From positions 28,894,001-28,958,000 of the forward strand of contig NC_087251.1 in NCBI RefSeq assembly GCF_037042905.1: 64,000 nucleotides of DNA. Direction: 5' to 3'. Made by a program: the position numbers and the translations under genes. Below the pieces are notes generated by a model that made no database searches, had not been told where the DNA came from, and was given only the letters and a program-made list of their open reading frames with translations. Source of the DNA: Lytechinus pictus (Eukaryota). This document shows positions 56,321 through 64,000 of the stretch, in pieces. The number at the start of each line of letters is the position of its first letter. Within the stretch, counting starts at the first letter, position 1.

Positions 56321-57156
56321 TGCTTCAAAGTGTTTCGGCAATAATAGAATATACTCATTTTTCTCACTCATTTCGAAAAGATTTATCAATTTCACGAAGT
56401 TATTGCACAAGCTTATTTGTCCAGAGGGAGCGTGACTGGGTCGGCCACTGATGCAAGAACAGCTTTAATGAGCGTTGTATTTCATACTTGAAGAAAATAT
56501 TGAAATGCGATCAGTGCTTACGGTTTGCACACTTTCTTGATTTACAATATATAACAGTTGTAGCCCAATGCCACACCGTGAACACCTTTCTGGTTTTGGA
56601 GCACAATTATAAATATAGATGAAACTTTGCACCTTTCAAATCGGAATGGTGCAAAATTGCATGTGTAAAAGATGCCCCCGGTATGGCAGTGCTAAGGGTG
56701 CAACATTGAACCTTTTCCATTGGGGTTTACACCATGTGAAGAAGAGAGTCTCATTGGTTGGCCTAAAAAAAAACAAGGACAAGATGGGCTTACTTTTATT
56801 AGAGGAGGGGGAGGTGGGCTATCTAGGGGCAAGGGAACAAGTGCCACATGTGCAATATTCAGGTCAAAATGGTAACACGAAGAGACTAAAGGGAAAGAAG
56901 GGGGAAACGAAAAACAGAAAATTATAAAAAAAAAAATTGAAGAAAAACCAAAGAATAAACAGGCGTTCAAAGTTCTAAGGGTTATGAATTTAACGCTCCA
57001 TTCCCAGTGTTAGATTTTAGAAGGCAAGCACGTACGAGCTTTTTTTTTTTAAAGGGGGTTTACTATGTCAAATATTTGTTATTTGCTAAAAAAAAACGCT
57101 CGACATATTTAAAAAGGCGTTTTACGACAGCAAGCACTATAGGACCACGGAAAAAA

Positions 57157-57720
57157 TATTATACAGATATTGCCTACCTAGAGTTTGAATATAACATTTC
57201 CTCTCCCCGACGGAGTTATATTTTTCCCAAGGGATTATATTTTGCCCGAAGCGCGCAGCGCTGAGGGAAAATATTCTCCCGAGGGAAAAATATAGCTTCG
57301 GAGGGGAGTTGAAATGTTATTTATTAAAACGATAGACCAGGCAATATCTGTTATATTATATAGTCTATATGGATTCGTCATCAGAGATTGCCTTCATCAT
57401 CTGGCCCCAACCCGAAATTCTTGCTACAGCTCTGATTCGTCTACGTCATAATAGAAACAAATTTGGAAAATACATCAAGCGCGTTCTTCATGCAATCGAC
57501 GCATTAACACTAGCGCGTACATCAAATAAACTACATGATTACGCAACTTATAAGCAGCGAGTGACGTCACCTTAGTGAATATAACGCCGCAATTGAAAAT
57601 ACAACGCAGTTATATTCACTGAGGTGACGTCAAAACCTCGAATATACCAAATGCGATCCTCGCAGCTATGATCACGTGATGGCGTATTGACCTATCACTG
57701 ATTCGAACCTACATAGGCTA
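57157..57720. mobile_element. Palindromic interspersed element of unclassified type
   Basis: ~200-bp imperfect palindrome at 57157-57359 centred on a GC-rich hairpin, and a second inverted pair at 57562-57585 / 57609-57632. Confidence 0.5.
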
Positions 57721-58803
57721 TGTAATATTAAGTGATATCTCATCCCTCGCTGAGCCTAACTAAAATGCATACTTTTGTCAGATGGCAAATGAATGACCCT
57801 ACTTTTCTTAAATGCATATTATTTGGTTGCATTTTGATAACGAAATAAAGCTTCTCCCGCAATTGGTTTGCACTGCACCAATTGATATTTATGAAGTGGT
57901 TATGATATTATGATAATATTTTTCGTCCAATTGTATTAGAGGACAATATCATTTATTAAAACATCATTTCGTCACTCCCCTTATAAATAAACTTCATATC
58001 ATAATGTATGCAATATTCTATTCGTATGATATTTAAAAATTGTCATTTTCTCTTTTCAAAATGTTTGAACTTCATATTACAAATGAAAAAATGTTATTTT
58101 GAATTGTCCCGACTTACCTGATTAAGAGTCTACATATTGTGTAATTGAGTGAATGACTATTTAAACACAATTAAGCACTTTACAGATTGTCGTATAGGGA
58201 AAATTGTGTTTATGTAAACATTTTGTTTAAGGAAAGTGTGTAATGCAAATAAAGTGAGAAAGCGAATTTAAATGCAAGTTGATAACGAATTCAGGACGAA
58301 TATTATATCAGCGGATGTAACAAAAAGTTAGTCAATCCATAGTTACAATAATATTGATCATATATTTTTAAATCTTTGCCAAAGACGCTTAATCTTTCGA
58401 TGTACACTTAAAGGTCAATTTCACTCCAAAATAATACATTGAATTGAATGAGTAGAGGGGAAAACACTGAAAGCTTGTTGTAACATGATCTAACAAAGAT
58501 GTTCTGACGTTCTAAAGTTTTGGCTACTTGCGCAAAATGGTGACATGCACGTCATGGGCGGTATGTCTCTAATATTTCAAATTAACTTCTTATTATGGGA
58601 TAAACTTGGCCTTTATCTCCAAATGCTACATACATAATTATGATTAGAATCAGTAATCTGTTCTCTCTGGGGCTGCCCCTCCACCCTCGTCTCTCCCCTC
58701 TCTCCCTCTCTCTCTCTCTTTATGTCTTGACCGCTAACCCTCACTCTCCACACCTCTTGCTAACCACCCGTGTCCATAAACCTCAGAAACGCGTCCTAAA
58801 TCG

Positions 58804-58998
58804 CATGGGGCGGATCCAGGAATTACAAGGGGGTATATTTTGTTTTAAAAAAAAGGCAAGCAAACAAAAATAATAAAAAAAAAAGGTCTTCACTTGCGTA
58901 TGCACGACATTTTGCACTACAAATACTTTCTTTATAGCTCTAAGCGGGGGGGGGGGGGGGGGCACGGACCGGGTGTGCCCCCACCTGGACCCGCAGCT
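58804..58998. mobile_element. Short MITE (GGCGGATCCAGG ... CTGGACCCGC) with poly-G tract
   Basis: Imperfect terminal inverted repeats; a similar end occurs at ~46795-46810. Confidence 0.55.
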
Positions 58999-61617
58999 GC
59001 TAAATAGTGTAATCTACATCACCAGATTGTCAACCATTACATGTGGCGCTTCAAAAATATCCAATTACCTTAGTGTCGCGAACAGAATTAACTATTGATT
59101 TATATGCATAAAATGGCGTGAGCAGGGAACGATCCCCTGATTTGGTGGTAGCGATTGTTGGCCGATGGTGATGAAAAGGTAACCCTGTTTCCAAAATATG
59201 CCGACGACGCTATGTATACCTGAAACATGATGTTTTCGACGCCTTTTGGACATGCCATGTGAAAAGTGACCCCCCCCCCCCCTCTCCACACTCCCTTAAA
59301 AAAATGTTATTTTGCTTCTCTTTCTACAAAATGCTGCAGGTACAAATTTCGCTGGGTGCAAACATAATTTTCTTCCACTTTGACAATCTAACTCTATATC
59401 AATAATTATTATTATATACACCTTAGTACAGAGGTGGAAACCCTCCAATGAAATATTTTCATTGGTTAAGAGTTTTTAACGTCGTACGAAACTGTCTCTT
59501 CGTAAGGCTGCCGTACAAACGTCGTATGAACGTCGTAAGAATCATGCAACACTTTGTAGGCTCGAGCGACAGTTCTAGAATCTTTAAATTCTTACGATGG
59601 TCGTAAAAACGCCTTAACTTATTCATAGAGGGATATTACGGCGTTCGAAAGGCGTTCGTATATGACTCGTAAGGCGTAGGTTACTATTAAATAAAATCTT
59701 CTTGTGAATTGCTTGAGAGTACCGTGAGTTGCACTCACGACCATCTTGCGAAAAAATTCATTCTAGGGCCATTGTATGACCGATAATCTTTGCGTTTTTC
59801 AAGGTCTTGAGTTGGTCTTGAAAAGGTATTTAGAATATATACCCCATATACGAATCTCTTCGAAATCCAGATTTCGTACGAACTGTTAGATTTGTACGAA
59901 CGCATCGTTCGTACGAACCTTTGTGGTCGTAGCTTTAATTGGTTACGAAAGTTTTTTAAATGCAAAGTTCTGATTATTTTTATGATGTTTTTATTCCTCA
60001 CCATACTTGTAATGAATTTCCAATATACCTTTCCACTTGTAGTAAACTCATTTTACTGGCATATTTTAATATAGATGGTAATGTCAGAGTTATATAATTT
60101 ATTGTGTTGCAAAGAATGGACCAAACGATATAACTTACATTTTAAGTAGATAATTATCATAGAAGTCGATTCAACTAAATAAATTTGTATATTCAGACAC
60201 TCGTATCCATATAAAGTTGTTGAATAAATTTACTTATCCCTCAGTTATTAGGTTGGTTTTATTTAACTAGATATGTCATGATTAAAAGAGAATAATTGTT
60301 TATTTTATGATAATTTTGACGAAGAATTATTGGACAATAAATCATATCAGAATACACAATAATTTCAGTAACATTGTGATCTAAATTGAATTGTAGATAT
60401 CTTAAATTAAGGAACATTTACAATATCAATTTGTTCAAAAAGATAAATTTCACTTGAAATATTTTGTTCTATTATTTTTATAGAATAGTGCTATATTTTT
60501 GTGGATTAACAAAAACAAAGTATGCATAATATTAAACAAATACATATTTGTATAATTATGTGCTTATTTGTTTTATTGACAAGTGTGTACATGTATTATT
60601 ACATGTGTATCTTGCTTTGCCAGCCTACTCCATTGGGAAGCTTAAGGGGAAAAAAATACTTAGGCAGCTATTACCTTCAAGAGAGAGAGAGAGGGGGGGG
60701 GGGTGGAGGGAGGGAGGGGAAGTTGAAACTTTATCACACACACAAACAAAATATATATACAAATATAAAAGAATTGGTATACAAACAAGAAAGAAATATA
60801 TTTGGTAAAACGATACCAAAAATACCAATAGCTGCATATTAGGTGTCGTAGTGGCACCATGCCACCATGTACTTAATAATTGTAATAACTCTTCCAAATA
60901 GATGGATACATGTTTATTATCTAAGGACTACATTACATCAACTGACAACTCTTAACCGAGTGCAGTTATAAAAAAAATACAGAGAGAAGGGGAAAAACCC
61001 GAGCAAAGTTAGTGAGAAAACGAAATAAAAGGTAGAGAGAAAAAGAGACAGAAAGAGAGAGAAAGAAAGAATGAGAGGGGGGAAGGAGGGGTGGCTAGAT
61101 CACTGTATTACATCACACATGACGTGAAGTAAAATGATTACCGTGAGAGGGAGAGTTGGTGGTTCAATGTGGCGTCGCAAAATTATTTTTTTATCGAAAT
61201 AGAAAAAAAACCCGCATCTGGGGCCTTTGTTATAACAACAAAATTGCAATAGCAGTTAAAAGCTACTGAAATCCTTCAATATGTTTGGCTGATAGTAATT
61301 TGGTCAGAGAAATTGTGCATTTTTACTATATCAAGATTTTATGAAACGGGACCCTGGTCTCTTTTCCTCTCTCTCCAATTTTTATGAAATAGACTTTATG
61401 ATTATCAGAAAAATGAAGATGTATGATTAATGTTTTGGAAAATGAAAATTGCAAAAGGTGCAATTTGGAAAAATGTATGTATCTATACCTTATAGGGATG
61501 GTATTATAACGTATTTGGTATGCACACTGATTCTCCTACGGCTACGTACGCTATGTTGGGAAAATTATGTGGCGTTGGGTACGCGTTCTCCATGGCTTGA
61601 AGTTTTGACCTAATAAG

Positions 61618-62427
61618 TACCGTGGTTACACGCTGCATCAGCTCGCGGTTCAGAACCGCGAGCCGAATCAGCATTTTGGTTGCGTGTAAACGCGATTAAT
61701 ACCGTGTTTACCAGGGGCCGCGGAACGGATTTCAAAGTGGGGGGGGGGGGGGCTGACCATGCAAAAAATCACAATCATAATGGTCATTTTTACGTTTTTG
61801 TACACGGTTTTTGAAAAAAGTGGGGGGGGGGGGGGCTTCCGCGTCGGCTTTTTTGTTGCGTGTAAACGCGATTAACTTGCATCGGCTCTCGGTACAGAAT
61901 CGGCAATTTTGCACCACCAAAGTAGTAGGTTCGAAATCGCGAGCCGATGCAGAATCGGCTTTTTTCTACGTGTAAACAGAAAGCCGATTCTGCATCGGCA
62001 ATTGACGCGCACTTCATTAACTTTATCATTATGACGTACTCAGGGGCCTTGGAACGGGAGGGGGGGGGGGGCCTGGGGGGCTTCAGCCCCGCCCCCACTT
62101 TTTTCCAAAACCGTGTACAAAAACGTAAAAAGGATCATATGATTGTGATTTTTAGCATGGTCAGCCCCCCTTCTTTTGGCTCAGCCCCCCCCCCCCCCAC
62201 TTTGGAAATCGTTCCGCGGCCCCTGGACTACTTGTAAGAGCACGGAGCCAGCGCTGTCTTTATGAAGTATATTGTTGGTGCGCGGATCATTTCAGGTTTT
62301 GCAACGAGAGACGATTCTACACCGCGAGCTGTGACAGCGTGTAAACGCGGTGCAAGATAAACCAAAAGTCGATTCTGCATCGGCTTTTGATTCTGAACCG
62401 CGAGCCGATGCACGTTTAAACACGGTA
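61618..62427. mobile_element. Palindrome-rich MITE (Harbinger-like by motif) containing two oppositely oriented CAGGGGCC-type MITEs (61713-61837 truncated; 62041-62225 complete)
   Basis: TACCGTG.TTA.ACG.TGCATC.GCTCGCGGTTCAGAA occurs at both ends in inverted orientation. Inner TIRs CAGGGGCC...GGCCCCTG. Confidence 0.6.
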
Positions 62428-62430
62428 ATG

Positions 62431-62565
62431 ATGACACAATGGTCAATAGGGTATGCACACTGATTCTTCTACGCTATGACACAATGGTCAATAGGGTATG
62501 CACACTGATTCTTCTACGCTATGACACAATGGTCAATAGGGTATGCACACTGATTCTTCTACGCT
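62431..62565. repeat. Perfect 3 x 45-bp tandem repeat
   Basis: ATGACACAATGGTCAATAGGGTATGCACACTGATTCTTCTACGCT at 62431, 62476 and 62521. Confidence 0.95.
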
Positions 62566-62983
62566 TTCATCCGTAGATGTGCTGTTGGGTACGCGTTTTC
62601 ATTTGCGGAAAGTTTTGAGCTAATGACGAAACAATGGTTGACAAGGGCGCACTTTGAATGGTAACTTTGAGTTAAAACAGTGACGTTCCTTGTCTCAGTT
62701 TTGATTTAGATTTGGGAGTGCAACTATTACTTCTTCCTCGCTTTCGAAACTTTTCTTTAATGGCAAATGATCCTGATCACCGCCCAAATCACCATCCAAA
62801 CTCAAATCGACAATCTCCAACGGCCAAGTATAGATGGAGGCGTGTCAAGCGATGGTTCGGAAGAAAACTACATCTACGCAGAAAGTAGTCCCTTTATCAC
62901 TCATATTTTGGCATCATTTGATAATAAAATCACCATTAAAAAGCATTCATTGTTTATCATTGTTTTCTTTCGCTTACATTATA

Positions 62984-63958
62984 CAGTGCGTATCAAAAAA
63001 AAGTTTACACTTAGAAAAAATCCTGTAAAATTATACATTTGTTATATCCTAAAGATTTTCCACATTTTAACATTGGTACAGGTCCATTTAAGCAAATTAC
63101 GATATAACTGTCGAAAAATATTTCCGCTTGAGTGCGCACCACTGATTTTTGGAAAGTTAGTGAAAAATGATTTGCGCAGAACTTTGAAATAGTAATGCAA
63201 ATAAAAGTAGACCTTAATCATGAAGAACACGTGGAATTTAGCTAGTAAAATTGATTTGAAGATATCTTTTACCTTTTTAAACTTGTTTCCTTGCCCAAAA
63301 CACTTCGAAGAGTGCATTGCGCCCCACCCCACTCCCCCACACACCGATGCCATAATGACGATATTTACTTTACACTGAGCTGTGATTTACATGAAATGGC
63401 TTAGGCTTGATTTTCATTTTGTTGACCATTGTCAAGCTTGGGAAAAATGTGGAGAAACAAGTATTAAACGAAAAATAAAATGTAAACCCACTTTAAATGA
63501 TAAAAACTTAGTGAAAAAATGCTGGAGATGTCTGATATTAACGTTTGTTCAGATTCAGTTATGTCCTCAGATCCAGCTGACACAAAAAGGGTAAAGGTTG
63601 TGCTTACTAAGTGTTGAAATTTCAATTTGGGTAAAAAAATGCTTGAATGTATCCATTTTATTTCAATTGACTAAAAGTGCAAGGAAAATGCATGAGAAAT
63701 GTTTCGCAGGGTAAGTTTGATTTCGCCCTTTCCCCTCGACACAGCGTGAAAACGAGCATTTCTGCGCAAACAGATTTCTACGAGCGTCACAAAAATGGAC
63801 AGTGCTCACTCAAGTCTAACATTCTGTCAAAACTTTAACTTTCATTGGATAGATGAGACCCAAACCCAAGATTATATGTGAAAAAATTACCCACATGTTG
63901 TATATTTTTTAATTCCCATGGCTTTTTCAAAGTGTAAACTTTTTTTTGATACGCACTG
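62984..63958. mobile_element. Tc1/mariner-type non-autonomous element, TA TSD
   Basis: TA|CAGTGCGTATCAAAAAAAAGTTTACACTT ... AAGTGTAAACTTTTTTTTGATACGCACTG|TA; no transposase inside. Confidence 0.92.
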
Positions 63959-64000
63959 TAGAAGAAAATTTTATCAAAGTTAAGATTTTCCATCTTCAAG

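Noticed and set aside
62767..63594. ORFs of 141, 103 and 70 aa
   Set aside because: They run into or lie within the non-autonomous Tc1/mariner element and have no recognisable domain.

Overview
Eukaryotic, AT-rich, repeat-dense genomic DNA, most likely from a marine invertebrate deuterostome such as a sea urchin (inferred from the repeat types, not proven). It contains the end of a ~186-bp satellite array with higher-order structure (1-4826) and a complete 13-coding-exon triokinase/FMN cyclase gene (TKFC/DAK, minus strand, 23251->5245, 589 aa) whose stop lies ~420 bp from the satellite. A 3-exon F-box/leucine-rich-repeat gene (plus strand, 48743-56320, ~650 aa) has a CRE and an RFX X-box upstream. 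Transposons are abundant. The notable ones are: an intact DD34E Tc1 transposase inside a rearranged element with two 3' ends (766-bp near-perfect inverted repeat) in a TKFC intron; two related CACTC...GAGTG elements with 8-bp TSDs nested one inside the other; a 6-kb Academ-like long-TIR element enclosing a decayed Gypsy pol; Helentron-type (HINE) elements with internal tandem repeats rich in DR1 motifs; a HINE>LINE>MITE triple nest; and a Mutator/foldback element with a 9-bp TSD inside a LINE. No rRNA, genuine tRNA or CRISPR array was seen. I found no clearly new enzymatic system; the best novelty candidates are transposon architectures.
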